Numbered from the stretch's first letter, positions 36,564-51,950 are shown. The stretch is DNA of 64,000 nucleotides from Bugula neritina (GCA_964035545.1 OZ037770.1:14002642-14066641); one strand, 5' to 3'. Made by a program: numbers and translations. Notes: generated by a model from the letters alone, not told the origin.

Positions 36564-39500
36564 CAGTATATATTTTCCTAGAATGTTGTTTAGAGACATA
36601 AAAAAACTGCCTATGCGCAACATACTTTGCATCTGTTTAGTATCTCGTAATTAGACATAAAAAAAATCAAAGCCAATTATAAGGCAAAAGACCATAATAC
36701 TGTACTATCATTGGATAGTTCTTCATCAATAAACAGGTAGTCGCCAGTGGTGGATATGAACCCCTCCTAGATTTTTCTCGTACTTCTTCCTCAAAAAACA
36801 TTTTCATTAAGCCAAAAAGAAATAACAATACACCTTTTTAGTTGACACTTTTTAATTTCTGACTGATATTTCACCTTATTTCCAATTATAATTAACTTTT
36901 AACCGGCACTTTTCTTTGTAGTAATTCCTACCCTTTAGACTGTGTACTTTGAAATGAGTCTGTTTTACTCGTTACATAAAGTATAGTTGCACTGGCTACA
37001 GGTTGACACAAAAGCAAGCCTATCTTGATAAAATCATGCGCAAATGTAGAAACTACCGAGGAGTTTGTTCCTCATAATTAGAAATTGACAAATTATTTTT
37101 AATCCGTTTAAAAGCATCTGGTTAGGGAAGCATATGCCGTGTTCAATTTGTTATTCTAGCATTAACAATAACAGAATGCAATAATTATAAGTTTATGAAA
37201 GTAATTTGTTTTCTTTCTAATTACAAATATAATATTTTAGTATATATTGTAAATTTATAAGGCTTGCATTAGGAATAACGCAGCTAAAACATCATTTTCC
37301 TTAAAGTCTTAAAAATATATAAGTATAACATAATACACTATGCCAATAAACTTATTAAAGTACCAAGCAAGCTTAGCTAGTTTAAGAAAAATTACACTAG
37401 GTAAATTCCCATTATTTATAGAATGCTTGCTGATATTAGCTTTTGATGTAATTAAAGTAAATTATTATTTATCTTTCTAGCTAAGGATTTCTTGCCGTAA
37501 GTTTTGCTTTTATGCACGGAGAAATGTCGTAACAAACGAGTTAAATTTTTATAGCACATAAAAATGTAATCTATAAGTCGAAGGTATTTAAACTTAGCCA
37601 TTAACTCATTTTAATTAGCAATGTAGCCTAAATCTAATACAATACAAAATATATACCAGTATATATAATATATTTTTACCATATGCTGTTAATTACAGTA
37701 TTTGTAAAACAAATTTTATGTTCATTAATTAAATAATACTAATAATGTTGAATAAATAAATTTAATAATTCCTTTTCTATTTAAATGGCTGCATAATTTC
37801 TTGCAAGGTTGTATAAAGGAGTTGTGGCCTACAACTTATTATGTGTTCAATTGCCACATATGTCTTAGGAAGAAGAAAACTCCCCAAAAATTCTTAGTTT
37901 GAAAATTCTAGTATAATTAAAATCACTTAATATATGTCTTTGAAATGCATTTTGCCACTCTGCAAAATTGCAGGAACAAATATATCATGAAGTAATAAAT
38001 GATTTATGAAGTAATTAACAAACCAATGTAAAAACTGTTGTTGTATATAGAACACAACATATTGATTTTCTTCAATTTCCACATCAAATCTATATATATT
38101 CAATTATATCTAACCAATGCTAATAAACTAAACATGCATGCATACAAATATTTGCATCATATGCAAGTAATATTAGCTAATTAGCAACTATAGCATTTTT
38201 TCATTATCTTTATTGCTTGCATATGTCTAAGTATTATTAAAATAAGGTTTTTATTTGCAACTTTGCACCACAAATTACATAAAATCTAAAAACTTGAGTT
38301 GTGACATGCATTAGGGCTACTTATACACAAATAGACCTTCATAAAACTCTCAATGATTTTTTTCAACTCATGTATGCAAAAGTTTTGCATTAAAACAATT
38401 CTTCTAAATCACCCTAGAGCAGGAAATTATTACAAAAACAGCTTCTCATATATAATCTTTCTCCAGATTAATTTTTTTTCATGTATTTAAACTAACTTAG
38501 CAAGTGAAGATTGTGATATCACTCAGGTAATCACATATATATTATTCATAGCTGTAATACTTTAGCAATGAATAGATCATGTTTAATTTCCACTCTACCT
38601 AGCAGTTTTTCAGAATTATAGAGCTATGTATATCGTGAAATTGGAATAGCCTAATAGTTTTACATGTGTTTATAGCTAGACAAATTAACTTAAAAAGCTT
38701 ACAATAATTAGATGATATTTGCATTCTTTTGAAGGTTATGGTGAAGCTACTGCAAAACTGGCCATTAGTTTAGCATAATATGCAATGCCACGCAAAAGCA
38801 TGCCAAACAAGCAATGTTTATTTACCTTACCAGTGCAATTTTATCACCTTAAACACAAAAGCAAGTATAAAATACACATCCATATTAGATTAACTGTCAA
38901 GTTAAAAAAAGACAACATATATTCATGAGCTGGTTCTGTTTGCACAAGTACAATTTAGACCAGCTTATTATTTAGATTGCCATAAAAATATGACGTAAAA
39001 TATGTCTTTAATCATTATTTTGATATTCACTGGTTGAAGATATTTTTTATATCCTAATATGTAAATATTGTACATAAATCTTAAAAATTAACTAGGTGAA
39101 TAAGGAAAACTGCTAACTTTATGAAACTGTTATGTTAATAAAAGACAATGGCTATCAACAAATCCCACCAGACCACAAACTAATTGTAAATACTAAAGCA
39201 ATAATTATATAGTGCTATGTGTTGATCTAGCCTAGTCAATACACCACAAAGATGTATTATGACATACCACATTTTAGGTACTGGGTTACCATTTATTCTA
39301 ATGGGTATTTGTTTAAACTGTTATACACAGCTTTTTGCACTACCAATATACAAGCCAGTTGTTATTCTGTCACTTTTTATCTACATCTCTTTTTAATGCC
39401 AGTTACTTGTTAGCTTCAGTACAAACAGCTAAACATTCTACTCTACAGCCAATCTTACTGTTAACTCTTGTTTAACAATATTACAAGAATCTAAAAATTT

Positions 39501-41607
39501 GAGTGTGTTTTAAGTATAATATTCTATCATTATAACTTTTAAATGAAACAATAATATGATAAATGCATTATAACTTTCTGAAAAGTTTTTTTGCAAAGTA
39601 TATGTTTTTGGAAAATAGTTTTACAACATTTGCTAGGAGCATTATATTTATTCCTATCTAAAATAATTTTGTTTGAACTGCTATGTTTGTAATCATGTAA
39701 TCAGAAGTAAAGCATCAGTAAAATGAGTATAAGTAGAAGCTTGACAGCTACATTAGGCATTGCTACATAGTACATAAATATATGGCCGTATTAAATACTT
39801 AGCTGCATTCACAGATAAATGCATGGCTTGGAATTACAATACCATGAATACATTATTTAGCTGGGTAACTATACAATTATGCCAAAGTGAAAAGCCTTTG
39901 GTTATTAATGCCTGAAATGTCTAACAATCTACTTGGGAGACCACCTTGTTGTTACAGAGTGAATGAGTTATTTGTTTGGCATTTGGATGATGGCACAAAG
40001 AAAGGCTATTTGGTTTGTTACTTGAGACTAGTAGCAAACTGCTACAGTCATAGCATCTTAGAAGATTTTGCATCACTTGCTAGAATTGTACATTATTTTA
40101 ATGTAGCTATTGAAATTAATATCGCACTGAAAACACAGTATTGCAAAATCTTAAGCTGTACATAATTATATTATGCATCAAAAAGTACTTCTGCTATTCG
40201 ACTATCCCAGGTTTATTTTAAACTAGCACTGCCAAAGTGCCTTGACTCTATTACAGTGTTTACTAGCTAATTTTGTTCTTCTCAATAGTGAAATAGATCT
40301 ATTGCAAGAAATTAATGACTAGATATAACAATAATGATTTTTAGGCAAGACTTTCGCATCTATATTGCTCATCTGCTAGCTTGAAATACCCCTCTCCTTG
40401 GACTAATCTCAGGCTTTTCATTGTTGTTTAAACAGTTTTTAAACTCCTATTTCAATAAATCATTACCAACACTGCCTGCATGTATTAATATTCATTAGTG
40501 CCATCAATGCACTGTGGAGACAGCACCTGATGTTCTGTATATTACATTATAGTACAGAGATACTAAATCCAAAACATCTAAAATAATTGATGCTTCTACC
40601 AGATTTTTAGCACACCTATAATATGTATTCCTGTAGTAAATATTAATAAGGTGTTTTAACTGATAGTTTTTATGCCATTATAATAGTTTGATACTATAAC
40701 TACAACTTGAAACTCTTTAACCAGCACATTGGTTAGTAATATTGCTTCTTGATATTTAATTGCTGGTTCACAAACTATCAATAATAGGGATGCATATCAA
40801 AACTTGACTGCATTCATAATATGATTTTAATGCTAGGTAATGACTAAGCATGTCTGGCTGATATGAGGTGACTATTTTGTACACTGTTTAACAACATCAG
40901 CTTTTTGGGTTCATTTAAAGCATCTGCAAATCTGTATTATACATAATTACTGTTAGGGCCAATTAATTAAATTGTTAACCTTGAAATGCTTTTTACACTG
41001 TAATACTAAGTAGTAAAAGATATGTATATATATATAAACTGATTGTAATTTATACATAACATTGTACATTTAAAAAAAATCACAAAATACATAATTTATT
41101 AGCTAAATTTCAAGGCGTTTTGTAGGTAGTGGGTTAATGTCAATAAAGTAGAATCCGGGAAGTTGAGTAGCTTTATCCAAGAGGAAGGCTCTCCAACAGT
41201 TCTACCAAAGCCTAAATAACATGTATAAAATAAAGGTTATATGCACAATTGTTTTTCCAAAACAGCCTGCAACTGTTTTGCTATTGCATATGCCCTATGC
41301 CATTCATCAAGTAGAACAATTTTAACCAGGATATCTAGAAAAGTTGACACAAGGGCTTTATAAACTATGTAACAGTAAAACTGTGAGTAGAAATTAATTG
41401 ACACTAATGAATAATGCTTTAGGTGCTGGCAACAACCATAAAAGAAAAGTTATATAACAAACAAATAGAAAAAGCACTAAACAAATCAACAGCATTATAT
41501 ACAATTGGGGCACATACATGAAAACAGCAGCTAGTGTCATTTTCTTAAGACAGCACTATTTTAGGTATAAATTTAAGAAGTATTAGAAAATGCAGAAATT
41601 TACTGCA

Positions 41608-42010
41608 ATTGGTTCATTTTATTTAAGTTAGTACATACTGAAGATCTCAAGTTTTTGCTAATGAACATGAGTTTTGGCCCGAAACTAAAAAAATATCAAT
41701 AAATACACCTAAATAATCAAGGCTCTTTTTAATTTTCTTTGATTTCCTATGCTTTTTTTCTAATTACAGCAACTTCTGACTGGGGATCGCCACGGTTAGT
41801 TTGTAACAGTAGGCAATCCAAATGGAATGAATAAATAGGAAAAAACATGAGAAATCATGCAAAATTAAGAAGAACCTTGATTATTTAGGTGTATTTCTTG
41901 ATGTCTCACTAATTTTAAGCAAAAAGCATTGTTCATTAGCAGCTAAAATGTAAAAATGGCTAAAAACTGCAGATTTCCAGTGTGTACTAAATTAAATAAA
42001 AGGACTCAAT
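41608..42010. mobile_element. MITE-like foldback element (~400 bp)
   Basis: Inverted arms: aaatacacctaaataatcaagg / ccttgattatttaggtgtattt; gctaatgaaca / tgttcattagc; ttttatttaagttagtacatactg / cagtgtgtactaaattaaataaaa. Confidence 0.75.
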
Positions 42011-44075
42011 CACCTTTGCAACATAATTCAATAATTGCATGGTCAAGCAGAATAAACTACAATTAACAGCAACAACAGTGTAATAGTTGCGTAGAAAAGT
42101 TGTACTGCAAAAAACTAAAAGAATGCAAAATCTATAAATGTGTGCTACCAAGTAAATGCCGAACAGACATCATGAAATAGTGTACGAAATACAAACTATT
42201 AAACTTACCTGTTGATCTAATGCAGCCAAAACCTTAAGCTTAGAGTAGTGGAATGGTGCTGTTCGATGTTGATATGCTACAAGTATAAGCTAAGATGACT
42301 CAAATTCTTGCCTTTAGGAGTAAGAGGCCTCAGCTCAGTTTCAACAAAACTTCCAATAATCTCAACGGATGCGCTCAATTAGGAGCCACAACAAAGCACA
42401 CCCATGTCATTTTAGTAAACTCTAAAAAATGAACGGAAATAAAACTGTTAGAGAGTAAACAGAGAAACATATAATGATGGGGGAAAAACCTGTCAGCAAA
42501 GGTTATATACACTCATAGCCATAACACGAAGAAAAAGATAATGAATAACAACCTATTCAAGATGACACAAGAAACCAAACAAATTTCTTTGACTAAAAAA
42601 TATAATTAAATACTATATTACTTGGCAAAAAATATTTGTTTTGAACAACGTATTATTGGGAAGAATTGCCAGTGTCTTAAATTTTGAGATTAAAATTTCT
42701 GCCTTATAGCGGAAATAGAGAGGCAATCAATAGTGTACAAAACATGTTTTCAGTCATTGGCTGTTGACTAAATTGACAAAGTTAAAGAAAGCTTCCATAT
42801 CATTATTTATTTTGTTCTCAAGTGTGTGGTTACAGTTTCATGAGTCAGAAGTATAATTATTTGAGATATGAAATCAAATGTAGTCAAAAGAGTGTCATAC
42901 AATTTAAAATGTAGTAATAGAGCTTTGACAATAATTTCTTCTGCTAAGTAAAACAGGTACCATTATGTGCTACTTATCTTTTAGAGATGAACATCAAGGA
43001 TGTTGAAAACAAAATAGTTGTAAATTACAGCAAATACCTTTCTACTTACCTAACCAGAGAAAATAAGTGTTCAACCTTGCATGCACTCAGCTGGTTTTCA
43101 ATGTTTGGATCAGTGACATCTTTATAACTGATAGCAGCATTATGTGATAGCTTTAGGAATTGTTACCTTAAATCTAAATTATATAGAACAAGAAGTGCAA
43201 AAATATGGCATTAGTACTCATTGCACAATACACACTTGCTAGAGTAGCTAATCTAGCATCACATTAATTTAAGAAAGACAAAATTTTATTACTGTTCACA
43301 AATGATGAATATTAAAATTTGAATAATTAGACAAATTAACAATGATATTGATGTTACTTCAAACATTACCAATGGTAAACACCAAAATACTAATAGGAAT
43401 AGTCATGTTAACATCAATTAGAAAAGTAAAGATAATTTGAAAATGAGACAGTTTATAGGTCTAACTCTTATAGTTGACAAGCAATTACAGGGCAGTCATA
43501 TTGATGTAGGCTACCCTCAAAATGTAGCACTTTAAAAATATTAAAAAGACAGCACATATAAGAACATAATCTTAAAAATAGGCATATGTGACACCTATAT
43601 TTTGATTAACAAAGAAATCTTCTTTACTTTATTAATCTAGCTCATATAATGGTATTCTGTCTTAGTATGTTATTTTAATACTTGAAATCTAATCAGCTAC
43701 AGAAAAGTACTTCAATTCAAAGGCCTTCATAATTATTCTTTAGTTTGCTATTTAAATAGACAGTAAGGTTGATGAATAAAATAAAAGTTAGTAAAGTAAA
43801 AACTAAATAAATTGAGAATAATATCTCCACTCTAAGGTTATAATCCTTATAAGTTAACATTTTAATACTCCTGTTATCCTTAGGTATAGTTGTTAGCAAT
43901 TTAACTATGAGCTCGAAGCCAAATGTCAGTATCAGCATCCCCATTACATTGACTAAGACTGACTTTATAACCCTCAAGCTGTGGCACTCAATTTCTATAA
44001 GTAGTAACTAATAACAAATATAAAATTATTTATTTGCTACTGATAGTGATAATAATAATAATTAAAAATAATAAT

Positions 44076-47036
44076 ATGATCCATTAAAATAGAACTAATA
44101 AAGCCAACGACGTTAATGGTATGTCTAACTAATCATGGCATGTCTCGTCTGGCAGTGGGTATGTGGAGGGCCAGGCAACCTACGGCCGTCAACCCGTTAA
44201 TGGCACAACTAGAAGAAGATACTCAAGAGAAGACAACAAAGTCGTCATGAAATGCTGCTTCAAAAGTACACCCAAATTGAGAGGTTATAGAAAAACAATG
44301 TATGAGCTCTGTAGACCCGGATCAAAGAATTATTTAAAAAGAATGTGCAAACGCTGGAAAACAGAGGAGAGTTTAACATCAGCGAACAGAGACTAGCGGA
44401 TTAAGCAAGAACTATGAAGAAACACAAGCATTTTATGGAAGAAGAACTCCATAAGATTGAAGAAGGAACCTTGCAAGAACTAGGCACATCAATTGGTGAA
44501 GAAGATAATGAAGAGCTAAATTTGCAAATAGAGGATGTTATAGTACAACATGAGATAGCATATAAATCAGCCATGAGAATTTTAAGAGTACCTAGTTCAG
44601 AGGTAGAAAAAGTGTTAGTAGAAAAATTATAAATGAGCATAACAAACTATCTAATGATCGACCAACACTAAGAGCCCTTAGGCACATTGAGAGGGTCAAA
44701 TTACTACAGGCAGTAAAACAGATTAATGATGTGCTAAACTGTGTTGAGATTATTAATACCATTGAGCTTAATAACACCACCATGGCTTGTGCGAAAAATA
44801 GTAACAGAACAAGTGTGTAACAAAAAGGAAAAAGAAAAACTGACAATGTACAAGTATGGAAAATACGACTGCAGAAGAAATAAAAAGAAATTAGATCAGA
44901 CTTAAGTAAAATAGCAGAGTGAAAAAGTAGAGCTTACAATGATTCATTGAGAAGAATGGTTGAAGAAAAATATAGGATAAAGAACAAAGAGTGTGGTGTA
45001 GTGATTGAAAAACTGAAGCAAAACCTGAGAGCTGTAAGCCAGAAGATAAACAGATATACAGAATGAGTTGATCAATATAATCAGAACACAATGTTTACAA
45101 TGATAAGCGCTTTTATCAAGAATTACGAGGAAATGAATACGTACATCTAAAGAGGCACCTGACAAGGAAATCAAAAGCATTCTGATAAAATATATGGGGT
45201 CAGCCAACTAAAAATAATACCAATGCAGAATGACTAAATAAAGTTAGCAACAAATTGGAGCATATGTAAAGACAAGGAAATTAGATCTTAGAAACGATGC
45301 AAACAACTGGAATAGCAATTAATGTCATAAGGTTGATAAGAAAAAGCATGAAACCTGGAAAACACAACTGAAATACCTGGAAGAAAAGATAGGAGAAATA
45401 AAGATCAAACTAAGAATTTTCCAAGGAGACTCTTTATCTCTATCCCTTTTCTCCAACTACCGATTCGCATGACAGAAGCGGCTCAATGATGCAAATTTCG
45501 ACGAGACAGAAAACAAACCATCACCTATATGTGGATGACCTGAAGGTAAATAGGAAATTAAAGTGGGAACTGGAAGCTTTGGTAAACACTGCCGGGATCT
45601 TCACAAGGAATATAGAAATGAAATTTGGATTAAAAAATGTGCCACACTGGTTATGAGAAAGGGAAAGAAAATTAAGGACACAGGAATCAGTTTGCCTGAT
45701 GAACAGGTAATCAAAGATCTGAGTGAGAAGCCGTATAAATATCTAGGAGTTCTTGAGATTGATGGAATACAAATATATGAAATGAAAAATAAGATCAAGG
45801 AGTACTACAAACAAATAAGAAAAGTTCTGGATTCAAAACTGAATGGTGAGAACACAATCAAAGCAATAAACACATGGGCAGTAACAGCAGTGCATTACAC
45901 AGCTAGAATACTTGACTGAACTGTTTCATGAGCTAAAAAATATGGACTGAAAGACAAGGAAGCTAATGACAACAAACCGTGCACCCTATCCGAGAGCAGA
46001 TGTAGGCAGGCTGTATTTTAGCAGAAGGGAAGGCGGTAGAAGAATGTTGTCAACTGAAAAATGCATAAAGATTGAAAACTGCAGCATGTCAGACTACATA
46101 AATATAACATAGACTGATAGAAACACCACACTGAATACCTTCCTAAAAGACAGAACAGCGGTAGAACTAAATAATGATAAAGTGATAGAAAGAACTGATG
46201 AGTGTAAAGAAAAGCTTCCTGTGGTAAATACATCAAAATGGTGGAAGACATGAAAGCATTTTCCTGGAACTGGTTGAAGTATGGTTGGCTGAAAAAGGAA
46301 ACAGAAGGACTGCTGACAGCTGCGCAAAATCAACTATTCACTACTAGAAATTATAAAGTGGCTATGATGAGAGAACAGGGTAGCAAGAAGTGTGGAATGT
46401 GTAACGCAAGAGACAAAACTTCGATGCACGTATTGAGTGAGTTTGAGAAGGTAGCAGAAGGAGAATATAAGAAAAAACACAACCTTTTGGCATTGATAAT
46501 TTCAATAGTAGTTGTGTGAACTTGGTGAGTTTCAGAAAAGTAAGAATTGGTACGGCCATCAAGCAGAATAAGTACTGGAAAATGATAATGTGAAAACCTT
46601 GTAAGATTTTAACATACACACTGACGTAGTCATCAAAGTTAGGAGACCCGATATATTAGTAGTTGACAAGCATAATGCTGAAACAACGATAATTGATATC
46701 ACAGTCCCTGTTAACTACAGAGTAAAAGAAAAAAATTCGAAAAGTTAGGAAAATATCAGAATTTAGCACTAGAATAAACCCGCCTTTGGAAAACATCAAA
46801 AAAGTCATCCCGTTGTAACTGGAGCCTTTGGAGCTTTATACAAGATTGTAGACTGGCTGACACTACTTGGAGTAGCTGAAAACAAATGCTCATTAATTCA
46901 GCAGACACCCTTACTAGGATCAGGATAAGCTCACATCCTGAGGAAAGTTCTATCCATTTCAGCCTAGTATAACTAGGCCAATGGTAAAAGGTTACACCAG
47001 CTAAAAAACTACGGTCAATCAACAATAATAATAATA
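44076..47036 (+). mobile_element. Decayed non-LTR retrotransposon with C-terminal restriction-like endonuclease (R4/Dong-like)
   Basis: Ordered motif remnants: RGYRK and SEQRLAD (N-terminal), IFQGDSLS, HLYVDDLK, YKYLG, KAINTWAV, REGGR, ETEGLLTAAQNQ..TRN, CGMC..H (CCHC), RPDILVVDK..IIDITVP..KYQNLA (PD-(D/E)xK). Many stops and frameshifts; the early RT region appears deleted; (TAA)n runs at both flanks. Confidence 0.9.
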
Positions 47037-47039
47037 GTG

Positions 47040-50000
47040 CAGTTGGTTCTATTATAAGATTAGCATATCGATTATGACTTTTCGATTGCCACCCTGATAC
47101 TATGAGTAAAATGTACAAGCATACGTGAAAGTATAGATATGATCATAAGTATAAAAATAGGTATAAGTATAAATATAAATATAGGTACAAGTATAAAACG
47201 AATGATTATATTATTAATAATATTAGTCAGTGATACCTATAACCGTAATGGTTTTTAGACTTACAGTTATCATTAACATTAGCTGAGTAATATGATTAGT
47301 TAAAATAATGGTATTGATTATTATATCATAGTTATAAGTTATAACTCTAGTCTCTAAAGAGCAACAGCAAGTGTAATTGGGATATTCATATTAAATTTCA
47401 TATTCACATAGTGCAATGTTTATGTTATGAACTAATTTATTCCTTCAACATTTAACTATAAATATGATTAACACTAACTTTGACCAGCAGTATTACTAAA
47501 AGAAGCGTATTACAAATATAAGATAATAAAATTCTAGTAGTAGGACTAATAGTATTACTAGGTCCAGTATTATTCTTGTTATCTTATTCATCATTCATGA
47601 GTTATCAAATTTAAAATTACTACTTATTAGCATCAGCATGTAAAAAGTAAGATCATTAGGAATAATTATCATGAGGTATGATCTATGATTTGCATTATCC
47701 ATTTATAGTTTAATATCAATATGATATATTATTATTGCTGATAGTCTATGTTATAGTTAAATTTATACTTATCTTTACAGTTACCTATAGTAGCACTTAT
47801 TAGTTATTTGTGGTAGCCAAACTAATGTTTAATATTAATAAATTAAACTGAGTATCATAAAAGTGTTACTAAGAATTTTAATTATAATCGTAATGGTGAT
47901 CACATTACTTTATTATAATTATTATATTTTATCATTAATGCTAAACTGAGTTAATGTATATACTTTGAGTTTTACTATTACTCATTATATTTACACTTAT
48001 AGTAAAACTAAATATGTAAAAGTTATACTTATACTAATATTATTCGTATTTCATTAGACTTACATCTAAGATCGCAGTCCTATTACTACTACCACTGATA
48101 CTAGTACTACAACTAGTACTAGTACTGCTACTAGTACTAGTACTACTACTACTACTACTACTACTACTAATAGTACTGTTACTACTACTACTACTAGTAC
48201 TACTACTAGGTCTACTACTGTACCAGTACAACTACAAACTTTGAAAATAACTGCAAGAAAGGTATGACTTACTCTTTTTCTTAGTCTTACTGTGACTCTC
48301 AGTCGTAATGTAAAATAAAATTGTGAACTGTAAAGTTAAATCCAAGGCTGAAATTTATTTAATTAAATTTAGACAATCTGAATCATTGGCTCAATCCTTG
48401 AGTTTGACTATTACTATTATTATTAGTGTTACGATTGTGATTATCATTGGCATTATGCCATTATCATTATGATTGTAATTGTGGTAATTCTAACAATAAT
48501 TATAATCATAAATTAAAAGGTAATGATTAATGATAATTATTTTCATTTTGTAATCATAATGATAATCATAATGATGTAAATTTTGATGTAAAACCAAAAT
48601 ACTAAAACTAAAAGTAAAAGTTATAAAATTAAATGATAAAATATTATAATGATAATCATAATGATAATTATTATATTTATTATATTATTATTGAATATAT
48701 TATTTCATTAGAAAATAGGTTGCAGCTTAGCATGATTAAAATTCAGTAAAAATTAGTTTACCAACAGCAAACATGCATGCGTCTTGTCAACATTCAATTC
48801 GTAGTGTCATAGCGAAGCCAGATTACTGGTAGTACGACTACTAGAACTACTACTACTACTAGTGATGGATTACAGATCCTTGGCGATTTTAGCTGTGAGT
48901 GACCTTCACCTCACATTCTCGTCATGTGCGCGGCATTAGACTAAGTAGAGGGTATGAAGCACTGAGCTGGAAAAGAAAGAATATATTTTAATTATAGGTA
49001 ATACTAATAGTAATATAATTTATGGTAATATATAGGTAATATTATTGAGTTCATTGGTATGGAGTATAGACCTATCACTGATAGTATCAGTATCAACTAC
49101 CACTTACGTACTACTTCAACTTATAACTTACCTTCAACTCAAACTCAAACTGAAACTGCTTGGAATCATTTGTCTTTGATCATATTGGCATAGTCATTGT
49201 GATTGTAATAACTATTAATATTTTTAGTTCAACATCAATGCCGAACATATTGTAATAACTAATGAGATAATCATAAGGTTGATATATTTTGCTAATACTG
49301 ATACTAATAGTAATACTAATAGTTATAGTAATAGTTATAGTAATTCAGTGTCACTCTCACTCTGGTGGAGTGAGACTCAGACTTACTCTTAGAGTTAGAG
49401 ACAGAGTGAGTCCGAGTAAGTCTGAGTGTTGGTAATAGTAATAGTCATATAAATTTAAATTATATTTACTTATTTCTAGCAATCACAATGGCAATAGTTA
49501 TAGTAACTTTCACTTACTCTTAAATCATTGAACCTGAACTAAAAGTAAAATTAAGCATTATGATTATGATTATCATTATGATTATACCTATGATTTTATT
49601 ATGTTTAAATTAAAAATCAATATCATGATAATATCATAGTGATAGACATATTATTGATAAATGATAATATAAAAGTAATTTGATAAATTATACATTGATT
49701 TTGAATTAAGGTGATACTGATACTAGACCGGTACTGAAAGTGATAGTAATACTAATAGTAATAGTAATAGTCATATAAATTTAAGTTATATTTACTCATT
49801 ACCGGCAATCACAATGGCAATAGTAACTTAAACTGTAACAGTAATGGTGTGGGTATGTTTGAAATTGTCACTATCAGTATTGCTATGAATCAAAATATAA
49901 TGCTATCATACCAATAATTTAAAATAATATTACAAAGCTTCATTAGCAACTTTTACTTGTACCAGTTTGGAATTTTGAATTATACAAATCCTTGTAAAGT

Positions 50001-51950
50001 CTTCAAGTTTATTGTCAAAATGAACTTGAAATTAAAGACTTAGTAGTAAAAATTAAACTAAGACTGACTGTAAGTGACTAAGATTAAAAATAAGTAATTT
50101 TAAATATCGATTTAGTATTTTTCTTACTCTTTGTCTTAAAATTGACTTTTATTTTGCACCTACTCCTGGTCAATGATTCTTTTTTCTATTTATATTACTA
50201 TTGCTATTAGTATAATTGACTTAAATTTAATAATATATATGATTATATCTTTATAAATGTGATATTTGATTTTATGAATAGTAATTCGAAAACTCTTTGG
50301 TATTATTTATTTTTGATCATTGTAGTTATTATCATTATATTTGTATAATAATTATGATTATCAAATTCAATATCGATATTTGTATTGTGGTATGGATATC
50401 TGCCTCCATCCCATTTCTGTTTTGCAGTGCCTTTTTACATTCACGTCTAGGTTCACATTGCGATGGTCATACTGATAGCACTTGGGGACAGTGATGAGCA
50501 TAATGATTATCACTAATATTAGGATTATCGTTATTAGGATTTAGAATAATTTAATAAACAAGCAACTTAAAACAAATGTTTTTACTAATATACATATTAA
50601 TTACTAATATAAATATACTACTATGAATATTATAATTATTATACTTTACAATTCAAAGTAAGATAATCATAATACGAACTGGTAAAACTAAATATAAAGC
50701 AAATGTAATAATACTAATAGTAGTTATCCATTCCCCTTTGGTTTCACATACTAATAATTGGAAACCTCTGTCCTAATATTATTTCTATTAATATTGCTCA
50801 AAGTTTGATCCCTATTTAATTTTATAGTTCACTCACCAGCTACATAATTTTATTAAAATACATGTGGTATTGGTTATAGTACTAGTGAAACTTGAAGTTG
50901 AATAGCATGCTTATTACTCACTGCTCTTTGCTTACATTATTAGGGTTACTCTTTAGTCTTAGAGATACCCTAACATAAACTTGAAAGCTGGAGGTAGTAC
51001 TAGTCTAGTGCTGTGTTAATCCTACACTGTTGACTTATCAACACTGTGACTATAATTATGACTCCTAAGTCAAAGTCATTTTCATATAGTAGTAATCACT
51101 ATGACAGACTGAAAGTCAGGAAGACTAAATATAATGGTAAAGTGTGTAAGAATAAATCATACTTAATCAATTACTTTTAGTTTTGTTACCAGTGTTGGGT
51201 CAACTTTCAGAATAAAGAATAAATATAATTATAAAGATAAATGGATAAAAATTCCTATCATGGTTTAATGTGCCTATTTTAAGCTGTTAATTTAATTACT
51301 ATAATATAAGTGCTCAAAATACAACTTTTGATTTTCATAATTATGTTTTAATTTAATACAGATACCATAGTATCATATACAGTAGAATCAGTTGTATCTT
51401 ATTTAATAATGAAGTAACTTATTGGAGCTTTCACAGTTATTAATTATTTACTTGTTAGTCTTTGAACTGGGACAATGTTTGAAACTTGAAGTAGAATGAA
51501 GTTTGATTTCAGTTACCGCAATGGTATCTGCAGTCACAATAGGAATACGCATATAACTATGTTTATATTTGTGAAAAATATATAGTCAAAACTAGATAAG
51601 GTAATAGTAATTATAATTGGTTTCACTTTTAATATATTCCTATAAACTGGAAAATAGACAGAAGCATTTAATCATGAAAGTAAACCTAGTGGAAGTAAAT
51701 CAATTCACTAAGTATATATAGTAAAATATCTACTATTCAGTAAGTTTATTTACTTTAGTTAATTGTACTTGATTATTTCTGTCGGTTTTTCAGTTGATTT
51801 TTCTACCTTTTGCTATAGCATATCAAACTACCACAAAGTCATGCTTCCGTATTACAATTATAAACATAGTGTTACTGTGTAATGTTATAGTAATGTAATA
51901 GTAATATTTGGATCATTGTAAGTATTTCTGTTGTTGTACTGATTGATAAA
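47040..51950. repeat. Long low-complexity region with 3/6-nt periodicity, including (TAC/TAG)n at ~48085-48230
   Basis: Patchwork of short runs such as TATAAG, TAGTAA, ATGATT, ATAATC and AAACT(C/G); ~70-bp direct repeat at ~49433 and ~49761. Confidence 0.75.
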
